DNA of 64,000 nucleotides from an uncultured Clostridia bacterium. GTDB taxonomy: Bacteria; Bacillota; Clostridia; HGM11327. The first letter of the stretch is position 1; each line of letters opens with the position of its first letter. The notes beneath the pieces are model-generated. The model saw nothing but the letters and a program-made list of their open reading frames with translations. It was not told the origin of the DNA and did no database searches. A program made the position numbers and the translations under genes. Below are positions 22,651 through 31,951 of the stretch, one piece after another. Location: assembly GCA_945918795.1 (NCBI GenBank), contig CAMEIT010000001.1, positions 915 to 64,914 on the forward strand, in the 5' to 3' direction.

Positions 22651-24657
22651 CTATTCCTCCGGTATAAGAGTAATTATATCCTTAATAGGCATACACAAAT
22701 CGTCGCATTCTTTCGCTCTGTGATTTTCAAGTATTGTTTTTGCCGCATTCTGCATTGCGGGGAATCCCGTTCTTGTCAGCTGGTTAGCGTAAATGATAAC
22801 ATTCGCACCCATTTCTTTCCATTCGTCCTCATAAACAGTATTGAATGACGTCGGAACGAGCACAATAGGCGTTATTGTGTCTTTTGCGCGGAATTTTACA
22901 ATAAATTCTTTAATTTCAGTCGGTTCATTTTTTCTTGAGTGAATCATTATCGCATCGGCTCCCGCCTGAACAAACGCAAATGCTCTCTTGAGCGCATCCT
23001 CCATGCCCTTTTCGAGTATTAAGGATTCAATTCTCGCACATATCATAAAGTCCTTTGTTTTCTGCGCTCTTTTGCCTGCGGCGATTTTTGCCGAGAAATT
23101 TTCAATTGAGTCCTGCGTCTGCTGAACTTCATTGCCGAACAAAGAATTTTTCTTAAGCCCCACCTTGTCCTCAATAATGACCATCGAAACGCCCATTCTC
23201 TCAAGAGATCTTACCGTATACACAAAATGCTCCGCAAGACCGCCCGTATCGCCGTCGAAAATAATAGGCTTGGTGGTTACTTCCATAATATCGTCAATCG
23301 TTCTGAAGCGTGACGTCATATCAACGAGTTCAATATCAGGCTTGCCCTTTGCCGTGGAATCGCAAAGCGAGGATACCCACATCGCATCAAACTGATACGT
23401 TCTGCCGTTTTGCAACACTGTGGTTTTTTCCGCAATAAGGCCTGTAATTCCGCTGTGTGCCTCAAGCGCCGTCACTGTTTTTTTGAGATTTATAAGCTTT
23501 CTGAGTCTGCCTCTCCTGTAATCGGGCATTCCGAGCTGGAGACGCGATTGTTTTTCCAATTCATCATATCTTGAGTCCTTATCATAAGGGAATTCGACAA
23601 GCTCGCCGCCGTAGCCGTTCAGTATTTCAACGACCTCTTCCCTTATGGGCTTCTGGAAGCCTTCCTGCCAATCGTCTCCGTGTACAACTATGTCGGGCTT
23701 AAGCTCATTCAATACGTCCCTGTATGAAAGCGTTTCCTGCTTTATGACTCTACTTACGCCCGAAATATTTTCAAACAATGTTTTTCTGTCCTCATACGGT
23801 ATCAATGGGAAACGCTTAAAGCTTGCCACAGCCTCATCAGACAGTATGCCGACGACTAATTTACCGAGCTTTTCGGTTTTTTTGATAATGGCAATATGGC
23901 CGCTGTGAAGCATATCTGTCGAAAAGCACATATATACCGTTCTGTTTTCCACTTTTTTCAGCTTTGCCTTTACAATTTCAAGATCCTCCGGCGTATCTAT
24001 TTCCGCGCACAGCTTGCCTTTGGCATCAAACGCATAAATACCGCACTCATCGGAAACTCGGTTGAAAGCGTTCTCCGCGTAAACCTTTACGTTGCCGCTT
24101 TCGCAGAATTCCACAATTTCTTTGAGCCATACATTCCAGTCGTCTTTATTCAGCTTATATAAAGCCTGAGCTTCCATGGCGGACTCGAAAAATTCAATTC
24201 CGACCTTTTCCACTCTGCCGTTTTTTACTACCGCCTTGAAATCCTTATCCGGGAGAGGCTCTGTCGACGACACCTTCATACAGCTTTGCTCTGTTCTCAA
24301 AACGCCCAGCAATACCTCAAAATCGAATACAAGATCGCCGTGCATCAAAAGAATATCATCATCTAAAAGCTCTCTTGCGCAGTAAATGGAGTAAATATAA
24401 TTTGTCTCGGAATATTTCGGATTATTCACAAAATCGATATGCAACGGCAAATTCAGAGATTCGCAATAATCCATAAGTATTTTGTCAAAATAGCCCGTCG
24501 TCATAACCACTTCGGTAATGCCCGAAGCCACTATCAATTTCAACTGACGGCTAAGTATCGTATCAGCTGCGGAAATTTCGGTCATACATTTAGGATGAGT
24601 TTTTGTAATATCGCCCATTCTGTGGCCGAGTCCCGAATTAAGAATCAATGCTTTCAC
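22651..24657 (-). CDS. pepM: Three-domain fusion: a LicC/PntC-like nucleotidyltransferase, an HxGH (TagD/GCT-like) cytidylyltransferase, and phosphoenolpyruvate phosphomutase
   Basis: Residues 1-230 start MKALILNSGLGHRMG (MobA-like NTase). Residues 235-375 carry FSTDMLHSGHIAI (HIGH motif). Residues 380-668 carry IEDKVGLKKNSLFG and a PEP-mutase/ICL-fold C-terminus. Confidence 0.8.
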   Translation of the reverse strand: MKALILNSGLGHRMGDITKTHPKCMTEISAADTILSRQLKLIVASGITEVVMTTGYFDKILMDYCESLNLPLHIDFVNNPKYSETNYIYSIYCARELLDDDILLMHGDLVFDFEVLLGVLRTEQSCMKVSSTEPLPDKDFKAVVKNGRVEKVGIEFFESAMEAQALYKLNKDDWNVWLKEIVEFCESGNVKVYAENAFNRVSDECGIYAFDAKGKLCAEIDTPEDLEIVKAKLKKVENRTVYMCFSTDMLHSGHIAIIKKTEKLGKLVVGILSDEAVASFKRFPLIPYEDRKTLFENISGVSRVIKQETLSYRDVLNELKPDIVVHGDDWQEGFQKPIREEVVEILNGYGGELVEFPYDKDSRYDELEKQSRLQLGMPDYRRGRLRKLINLKKTVTALEAHSGITGLIAEKTTVLQNGRTYQFDAMWVSSLCDSTAKGKPDIELVDMTSRFRTIDDIMEVTTKPIIFDGDTGGLAEHFVYTVRSLERMGVSMVIIEDKVGLKKNSLFGNEVQQTQDSIENFSAKIAAGKRAQKTKDFMICARIESLILEKGMEDALKRAFAFVQAGADAIMIHSRKNEPTEIKEFIVKFRAKDTITPIVLVPTSFNTVYEDEWKEMGANVIIYANQLTRTGFPAMQNAAKTILENHRAKECDDLCMPIKDIITLIPEE

Positions 24658-24725
24658 GACTGATACCTCTCTTTCAATATTTTATAATAATCTGAATTAA
24701 TAAGCAGGATTTTACGGATAAAAAT

Positions 24726-26564
24726 TTATTTTACCAAATGCCATACCTGCATGGCGCTTGCGCCCCTGTTTGCAAAAGCGTAATACGGAATAAGCACGGC
24801 ATCAAAGACTCTGAAGCTGTCATGCTTAGGGCTGTAAAGAGGCGCATTTTCGTTGGCGTCTCTGCGATAAGCCTTTACCGTAAGCGTTGGAACGCCAAGC
24901 TCGGCATTCTTTCCCGTGCGGAATTTCGCGTGGCTGTCTATTCTTATATCCCTTAAGTATTCTGTGTTATCGACAGCTTCCATGCAATATACGACAGGCC
25001 CTCTCATTACGGCGTATCTTCCGCAATCAAAAACCGCCTCCGGACGTGCTTCAACAAGCTGCACTTTCATTTTGAAATCAAGCTCAATCGTCTGATTGTC
25101 CTTGACGTCAAAATATTGATAGCCCTTTACCGTCTGATACTCATCAGAGTCGCACCAGAACGGTATTCTGACTGCAAGCCTTGTATCGGCACCTTTTACC
25201 GTTATTTTTACCTTTCCGTTTTGAGGATATGAAGTTTTCTGTTCTATAACAAAGCTTTCACCGTTTCTGTCTATTTGAGTCGTGCTCTGCATAAACTGAT
25301 GCACATAAACAGTGTCATCATCGTAAGTATAAAGCATATTTGCTATCGACGGAATAAATCTGACTATATTGGGCGGACAGCATGAGCACAGGAAAACCTC
25401 GCTTCTTTCTTGGCGCGGCAAATGAATGCTTACGTGGCTTACATCTCTGTCCCTTGTGTGCATATAAGGAATTATCTCAAGCGGATTTTCGTAGAAAAAA
25501 GCCTTACCGTCAAGCGATACGGACGACAAAAATCCGTTGTATATAATTCTTTCGATAGCGTCGGAATATTTTGAATCGGCATCGAACTTAAGCATTCTCA
25601 TTGCAAAAAGTGCAACGCTTATCGCGGCGCAGGTCTCCGTATACGATATAACATTGGGCAGATCGTAATCAACTGTATACGCTTCGCAAGCCGCAGACGA
25701 ACCGACTCCGCCCGTAATATACATTTTTTTATTTACTATGTTGTCAAAAATGCGCTCGCAAGCAGATTTCAGTTCTTCATCGCCCGTTCTGAGTGCAACA
25801 TCAGCCATAGCGCAGTAAAGATACCCTGCTCTTACCGCATGACCTACCGCCTCGGTCTGCTCTCTGACAGGCGCGTGGGACTGATTTGCAAAGCAGTTTG
25901 TGAGCTTATCGCCCGAATCATTCTGCACTCCGCGCTCATTCAAAAAGAACAGAGCAAGCTCGAGATAACGTTTTTCTCCCGTGCAGTCGTACAGCTTTAC
26001 AAGCGCAAGCTCTATCTCCTCGTGACCCGGCGTTCTAAAGCCCGTATCACGGTCGATTTTGAACCGTTTTTCTATATAATCCGCATAACGGCACATGGCA
26101 TCAAGAAACTTTCTTTTGCCCGTCGCCTCATAATATGCCACAGCCGCCTCAATCAGATGCCCCGCACAGTAAAGCTCATGATTATCCCTGTTTGTAAATA
26201 TGTTCTCAGGCTCCTGCGTCTGATAATACGTATTGAAGTATCCGCACGGCTCCTGATTCTTTACTATCAAATCAACTACTTCGTCAACTATTTTCTCAAG
26301 CTTCGCATCCTTTTTCTGCCGCGTAATATACGCCGCACCTTCAATCCACTTTGCTACGTCCGAATCCCAGAAAATATGCGGCTTATTCGGCATTCCCTCT
26401 TTCCAATCACATCTGAATGCGTCAAATCTGCCCGTTTCCTTGAATCTGTCATAAACTGCCCAAACGGTTGTTTTGCGAAGCATTTCCTGCTTCTTCTGCC
26501 AGAAGCCGCCTGTTATTTTTGTTTTTGAATAGTCGGATGTTATCATACAGCTACCTTTCCGCAT
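24726..26564 (-). CDS. Glycoside hydrolase family 127 (beta-L-arabinofuranosidase-like, DUF1680)
   Basis: HELYCAGHLIEAAVAYYEATG, and C-terminal cysteines of the GH127 zinc site, 612 aa. Confidence 0.75.
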   Translation of the reverse strand: MRKGSCMITSDYSKTKITGGFWQKKQEMLRKTTVWAVYDRFKETGRFDAFRCDWKEGMPNKPHIFWDSDVAKWIEGAAYITRQKKDAKLEKIVDEVVDLIVKNQEPCGYFNTYYQTQEPENIFTNRDNHELYCAGHLIEAAVAYYEATGKRKFLDAMCRYADYIEKRFKIDRDTGFRTPGHEEIELALVKLYDCTGEKRYLELALFFLNERGVQNDSGDKLTNCFANQSHAPVREQTEAVGHAVRAGYLYCAMADVALRTGDEELKSACERIFDNIVNKKMYITGGVGSSAACEAYTVDYDLPNVISYTETCAAISVALFAMRMLKFDADSKYSDAIERIIYNGFLSSVSLDGKAFFYENPLEIIPYMHTRDRDVSHVSIHLPRQERSEVFLCSCCPPNIVRFIPSIANMLYTYDDDTVYVHQFMQSTTQIDRNGESFVIEQKTSYPQNGKVKITVKGADTRLAVRIPFWCDSDEYQTVKGYQYFDVKDNQTIELDFKMKVQLVEARPEAVFDCGRYAVMRGPVVYCMEAVDNTEYLRDIRIDSHAKFRTGKNAELGVPTLTVKAYRRDANENAPLYSPKHDSFRVFDAVLIPYYAFANRGASAMQVWHLVK

Positions 26565-26594
26565 TGCTTGCTTATTGACTCGACTGCAAATAAA

Positions 26595-27794
26595 TTACAC
26601 TATTTCATTAAACAATACGCCGAGTCTGCGTATGCCCTCTGTTATCTTTTCGTCCGACATTGTGGAGTAGTTCAATCTGAGCGCACTGCACGTCTTATTC
26701 ATATCAACCATGAACGTATTGCCCGGCACGTAAACTACCTTGTTTTCTATCGCTTTCTTTGATATTGCAAGCGTATCGATTCCGTGCATAAGGTCGCACC
26801 ATATGAAAAGTCCGCCGCCCGGTTGCGTATATGTTATGTCTTTCGGGAAGTATTTTTCCATTGCGTCAAGCATCGTTTTGCATTTATGAGCGTAATTCGC
26901 GCGCATTTTTACTATGAGCGAGTCTATGTCATACCTCTTTAAGTATTCATATGCAAGCAACTGCGTTATCATAGGCGTGTGTACATCGGAAACCTGCTTT
27001 GCCACAACAGCTTTTTGTACTATCGATTTATCGGCGCACATAAAGCCTATGCGCAGTCCCGGTGCGAGTATTTTGGAAAATGAACCGCTGTATACTACTA
27101 TGCCCTCTGTATCCATTGACTTAATTGTCGGCAGCTTTGTTCCGTCAAATGTCAGCTCACCGTAAGGATTGTCTTCTATTATTATTAAATTGTTCTTTTT
27201 TGCAATCTCATAAACGGCTTTTCTCTTTTCAAGGCTCATCGTGACACCCATAGGATTCTGGAATGTCGGAATTGTATATATCACCTTGACGTTACTGTTT
27301 GAAGCTATCGCTTTCTCAAGTGCTTCTATGTTCATGCCGTCGCTGTCCATAGGTACTCCGACAAGCCGCGCTCCGAAAGAACGGAATGCGTTCATTGCAC
27401 CTATAAAGCTCGGTTCTTCAACTATTACAACGTCGCCCTCATTTACAAGCACCTTAGTCGCAAGGTCTATACACTGCTGTCCGCCGGATACGATTATAAG
27501 CTCGTCGTTTGTTCCGCCTATATTTTCAACTCTCTTGATCCTCTCCTTAACAGCCTCGCGCAACGGAGTATACCCCTCCGTTACACCGTATTGAAGTGAA
27601 AGCACCGGCTGCTTCATGAGCAGCTCATAAGCAATCTGTGCCAGCTCCTCATTCGGGAAAAGCTCCGGAGCGGGATTACCTCCTGCAAGCGATATTACCT
27701 CGGGATCCTGCGCATATTTGAATATTTCACGGATCGCCGAACCTTTTATGTCACTCATTCTTTTAGATACTTCGTATTCCATGTTTGCCACCAT
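26595..27794 (-). CDS. PLP-dependent aminotransferase, class I/II fold
   Basis: LAGGNPAPELFP and SFSKILAPGLRIG (the lysine of the PLP site), 399 aa. Confidence 0.8.
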   Translation of the reverse strand: MVANMEYEVSKRMSDIKGSAIREIFKYAQDPEVISLAGGNPAPELFPNEELAQIAYELLMKQPVLSLQYGVTEGYTPLREAVKERIKRVENIGGTNDELIIVSGGQQCIDLATKVLVNEGDVVIVEEPSFIGAMNAFRSFGARLVGVPMDSDGMNIEALEKAIASNSNVKVIYTIPTFQNPMGVTMSLEKRKAVYEIAKKNNLIIIEDNPYGELTFDGTKLPTIKSMDTEGIVVYSGSFSKILAPGLRIGFMCADKSIVQKAVVAKQVSDVHTPMITQLLAYEYLKRYDIDSLIVKMRANYAHKCKTMLDAMEKYFPKDITYTQPGGGLFIWCDLMHGIDTLAISKKAIENKVVYVPGNTFMVDMNKTCSALRLNYSTMSDEKITEGIRRLGVLFNEIV

Positions 27795-28357
27795 TCCTTA
27801 TTCTCAAAAAACGCCGTGCCTGCCGAATGTATATACGGCATATAAAAACGGATTTTTATGTTTATATATTCGTTGAAAGACAATTATTTCATTTTAATTA
27901 TACCATAATCAGGTTGAAAATACAACCTATAACAAATGATTTCAAAACTAACGTTTGCAAAGGGCGACCGAAAAATATATTAATGAAACACAAAACCCAT
28001 GACGTAATGTAAATAACGAAGAAAAAGTGCTGACACTCCGACCGCTTTGACCTCTTGTTTTATTCGCCCGATATTATCCGAAAGCATCTGTTTAACACAG
28101 ATTTTACACATCGGCAACAGTAAAGTTTACACGTTATTTATATAATTATTTATTGTTGATATGTATATGTAATGATTTTTGCAATTCAATTACAAGCATA
28201 CAACATCAACGGTAAATGAATCATTCGACAACAAAAGAGATTCAAAAGTGTTTGATACGATCCCCGAAAATCCGTATCTGTTTATAATCGATTTCTGCAA
28301 TGAAATTGTAAACAGACATCGCAAAAGAAATAAACAAATCAAAAAAGAGGTACAAAA

Positions 28358-28528
28358 ATGTTTGAAACAATTCCCGAAAATCCGTATCTGTTACTGACCC
28401 CCGGTCCCCTTTCCACATCAAAGAGCGTTCGCGCCGCTATGCTTCGTGATTGGTGTACTTGGGATGATGACTACAATCAGGATGTACGTTGCCGTAGGCG
28501 ACTGAAGGAGAACACAATATAATAAAAT
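28358..28528 (+). pseudogene. phnW: Truncated 2-aminoethylphosphonate:pyruvate aminotransferase (phnW) remnant with a duplicated 5' end
   Basis: [43 protein letters not shown] matches the conserved PhnW N-terminus. The ORF stops after about 56 codons. A second copy of the first roughly 35 nt lies about 110 bp upstream at 28246-28280. Confidence 0.65.
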
Positions 28529-28682
28529 CTGTCTCGATTTACTATTACATATGGCTCCTTCCACCGCTGACGCGGTCTTCCCTCAAAGATTGAGCCGGGT
28601 TAATCTATAACTGCAAAAATTCGGTTCGCCGTAATCATCAAGTCAAATTTCCATTTTCTTTACTTTTCTCTTTAAATACTAC

Positions 28683-28868
28683 GTGCCGTATATCGGCATT
28701 GCTCCGTAAAAGCCCTAAATAAAGTCGCAAAAATCAATGCTCATCTTGCCGCCATACTCTCGGCGGGAAGATGAGCGAGCTGCAAAGCGTTTTAAAGTTT
28801 TCGGAGCTTGCGTAATAATCTCGAAGAGATTATTACTGGCTTTTTCAAAAGCGTCCAAGAAAACATCA
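28683..28868 (+). repeat. Structured intergenic repeat, family A copy 1 (bidirectional terminator module)
   Basis: Nearly identical to 45282-45448 and, inverted, to 47093-47230. It holds the hairpin ctcatcttgccgcc/ggcgggaagatgag and a second hairpin gtaataatct/agattattac followed by a T-run. Confidence 0.8.
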
Positions 28869-30389
28869 GTTCATTAATTCATTATTATTTTGTATATCTT
28901 TTTTAAATTCCTCATTAAGTTCGGGGTAAGCGGAGAGCATAGGTTCAACGTCCTTACCGTTTTTACGATCGAAGTAATTTTTAGTTATTTTAACAACGAG
29001 GCCGCTAAGGAGCACGAGTGCAACGAGGTTGGGAATTGCCATAAGTCCATTACACGTATCGGAAATAGCCCAAGCGAGTTCACCGTCTATAACAGCGGAA
29101 GCAACGATAAGCAGAACATAAATCACCTTAAAGACGAGCACAGCGACCTTTTTACCCTTTTGACCGGCTCTTCTGAAAAGGAATTCAACGCATTTCTCAC
29201 CGTAATAAGACCATGCGAGAATCGTTGTGAATGCAAACAACGGCAAAATAATGGAGAAAACGACCGTTCCGAACGTACCGAACACATTACTGAAAGCATT
29301 CATTGCGGCAGCTGTATCGGAAACAGCCTGAGCGCCGAAAAGCTGCTCTTCATTATACGACGTAAGAATAACGAGTGCTGTAAGCGTACAAACAACGAAA
29401 GTATCGAGGAAAACCTCAAATATTCCCCAAAGTCCCTGTTTAACGGGTTCGCGGGTAGCAGAAGCGCTGTGTGCGATAACGGAAGAACCAAGCCCCGCTT
29501 CGTTTGAGAAAACGCCTCTTGCAAGACCTTTTTTGATTATCTGTGAGAACACAAATCCGCCGAAGCCGCCTACTGCCGCCTTGAACGAGAAAATGCTTGA
29601 GAAAATCATTCCGAAAGCATGACCGATTCTGTCAATGTGAATAAATATAAGAATGAGTGCGAGGATTATAAAGAGAAGTGACATGAACGGAACGAGTATT
29701 GAAGCAACCTTACCGATTCTCTTGATTCCGCCGATTATAATAAGTGCAACAAACAGTGCAACCACAACGCCTATTATAATTGCCACCACTTTACTGCTTC
29801 CGTCGGAAACGAATGCCGCCTGAAGCGTTGTCGAAATCTTATTTGTCTGAGCGCCGCTCATGCCTATAGCGGCAAGAACGCAGAACAGTGCCGCAATATA
29901 GCCGAGCCAATTCCATTTAAGTCCCTCGGAAATATAATACATCGGTCCGCCCGAAAGATCGCCGTTCTTTTCCTTCTTTCTGAAGAAAAGACCGAGAACG
30001 TTTTCGGCATAGTTTGTTATCATTCCGAAAAATGCCGAGAGCCACATCCAAAACACAGCTCCGGGACCGCCTGTAAGTATAGCCGACGTAACGCCTATTA
30101 TATTGCCCGTGCCTATTGTACCGGATACAGCGGCTGAAAAGGCTTCAAACTGAGAAATAGAATTAACTTTTGTATCCTTCTGTTTATCTTTGCCTCTGCC
30201 GATTGCTTTTACTGTCGGCACGATTGTCGTTTTAAGTGAATATCCGAACTTATGTACCTGCATGAATTTTGTGCGGATAGTAAGCAGAATACCCGTTCCG
30301 AGGATAAGCACTATCATAGGCCATCCCCATACAATGTTGTTAATAAAGGCGTTTACCTTTGTAACAACATTAACTATTGATTCCCACAT
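28866..30389 (-). CDS. Alanine/glycine:cation symporter (AGCS family)
   Basis: 507 aa, multi-TM, with the AGCS signature region FEAFSAAVSGTIGTGNIIGV. Confidence 0.9.
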   Translation of the reverse strand: MWESIVNVVTKVNAFINNIVWGWPMIVLILGTGILLTIRTKFMQVHKFGYSLKTTIVPTVKAIGRGKDKQKDTKVNSISQFEAFSAAVSGTIGTGNIIGVTSAILTGGPGAVFWMWLSAFFGMITNYAENVLGLFFRKKEKNGDLSGGPMYYISEGLKWNWLGYIAALFCVLAAIGMSGAQTNKISTTLQAAFVSDGSSKVVAIIIGVVVALFVALIIIGGIKRIGKVASILVPFMSLLFIILALILIFIHIDRIGHAFGMIFSSIFSFKAAVGGFGGFVFSQIIKKGLARGVFSNEAGLGSSVIAHSASATREPVKQGLWGIFEVFLDTFVVCTLTALVILTSYNEEQLFGAQAVSDTAAAMNAFSNVFGTFGTVVFSIILPLFAFTTILAWSYYGEKCVEFLFRRAGQKGKKVAVLVFKVIYVLLIVASAVIDGELAWAISDTCNGLMAIPNLVALVLLSGLVVKITKNYFDRKNGKDVEPMLSAYPELNEEFKKDIQNNNELMN

Positions 30390-30441
30390 AATATTTTCCT
30401 TTCTTTTTATGGCACAAAGTGCCCGAAATACAAATTTAAAT

Positions 30442-30690
30442 AAAAAAAACGGAGCGAATAAATTTCACTCCGTATACTTACGCCAACAAATAATAAGCAA
30501 AAATGCCCAATCGTTATCCGCAGTAAAAACTCTGTCCTTTTGCCTGAGAGATTTACACGGCAACATAACCGCGTATTGCCCCTTCGGCACCCGACTGACG
30601 GGTTTCTCCGGAGTGCTGTCTGCCTGCGGTTTCCGACAAAAACTGTCACCTGAGAGTGTCACTCCTACGGCTGCTTAACGCGATCTTCTG
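30442..30690 (-). promoter_or_regulatory. Glycine riboswitch (tandem aptamers) with expression-platform terminator
   Basis: Minus strand reads GGAGTGACACTCTCAGG..., then CCGGAGAAACC...GCCGAAGGGGCAA...CTCAGGCAAAAGGACAGAG. This is followed by the hairpin acggagtg...cgctccgt and a T8 run just upstream of the AGCS gene. Confidence 0.75.
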
Positions 30691-30721
30691 CAAGCTTCGT
30701 CCAGCAATTTACTTACCCAAA

Positions 30722-30750
30722 TATATTAACACACTTTTATTTATTTGTCA
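30722..30750 (-). promoter_or_regulatory. Promoter for the glycine riboswitch and AGCS transcript
   Basis: Minus-strand TTGACA, a 17-nt spacer, then TAATAT. Confidence 0.5.
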
Positions 30751-30905
30751 AGAATTTTTTAATTTTGTCTTATTTTTAATGCCTTCCCGGCCCTATCGGG
30801 AATCCTCCATGCCCCATTCCCGAGCCGTAAATATTCGATGTCATATTAATTTCAACCAAAACAGTGCCGCCTGTTTTCCGGGTATCCGCCGCATATCCGT
30901 TTTCA

Positions 30906-31280
30906 TCACACAGGGAAAGTGATGTCCCCGCACTCTGAGTGTTGCAGCTTTACTTCTTTGTCGGCATTTACAGTGAGCATTGCGTTGTCCGATTCACCGC
31001 TGATTATATATGTGCCGTCTGATTCTATTGTAACACTGCTTCCCGAGGCAAAAGCGCCTTTACCCGTTATCTGAGCGGTGTCGCCCGAAAATACGATATA
31101 TACCGCGCCCGTTTCAGTGTATTCACCGTTCAGATCCGATTTTGTGAAGTCAAAATCCATAGACGGTATATCGGGGGACGGTGCTGTGGGAGCGGGTGTT
31201 TCGCTCACATTCGGCGCTGTCGTACAGGCTGTAAACAGAAGTGATAATACCAATGCAAAAGCAACAAATATTTTTTTCAT
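30906..31280 (-). CDS. Small lipoprotein
   Basis: Signal peptide with an LFTAC lipobox, 124 aa. Confidence 0.6.
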   Translation of the reverse strand: MKKIFVAFALVLSLLFTACTTAPNVSETPAPTAPSPDIPSMDFDFTKSDLNGEYTETGAVYIVFSGDTAQITGKGAFASGSSVTIESDGTYIISGESDNAMLTVNADKEVKLQHSECGDITFPV

Positions 31281-31951
31281 AGCTCCTCATTTCTTTCAGA
31301 GGTATTTGCCAAGGTAATCTCCAAATTTCCGTTGCGGCATCTGAGCTGATCTATAAACTCCTTTGATGTGCCGCCATCTTTAAGTTCTATTTTATATAAA
31401 AGCTTATAAAGGCTTCCCATGTTGGAGGTTTTTACGCTTGCAAGCTCATGTCTTTTCGTATACTGACTGAACAGATCCTCAAACGCTTCGGAAAAGTTGA
31501 GCGTCTCGGGAATGGTTATGCGAAGCTCAAGCTCTCTTTCGGAGCGCAATGGAAGTCTTGCAAGAATGATAAGCGCCACGCAAAGTATAATCGAGAAAAG
31601 TATCGCAATGGCAACATATCCTGCCGCGCAGGCAAGCCCTGCCGTCATTACAAGGAATATAAGCGTTATCTCTCGTGCTCTGCCCGCCACCGAGCGGAAA
31701 CGAACAAGCGAAAACGCACCTGCCACCGCGATTCCCGTTCCGATATTTCCGTTTACCATTAAAATGACCGTCTCTATTATAGGTGCGAGCATGACAAGAG
31801 ACATTGCAAAGCTTTTTGTAAGCTTCGATTTATACGATGCGGCAAAAGTAACTATTATTCCGCACACAAATGCCACCGCCGTACAAATCAGATAATCCTC
31901 AAGCGTCAGAGCGCCCTCTATGACCGTATCAAAAATTTGAGGCATTTTCAT
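31277..31951 (-). CDS. DUF4956 membrane protein
   Basis: Multi-TM N-terminus and a soluble C-terminus. Typically pairs with a VTC-domain protein. Confidence 0.6.
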   Translation of the reverse strand: MKMPQIFDTVIEGALTLEDYLICTAVAFVCGIIVTFAASYKSKLTKSFAMSLVMLAPIIETVILMVNGNIGTGIAVAGAFSLVRFRSVAGRAREITLIFLVMTAGLACAAGYVAIAILFSIILCVALIILARLPLRSERELELRITIPETLNFSEAFEDLFSQYTKRHELASVKTSNMGSLYKLLYKIELKDGGTSKEFIDQLRCRNGNLEITLANTSERNEEL

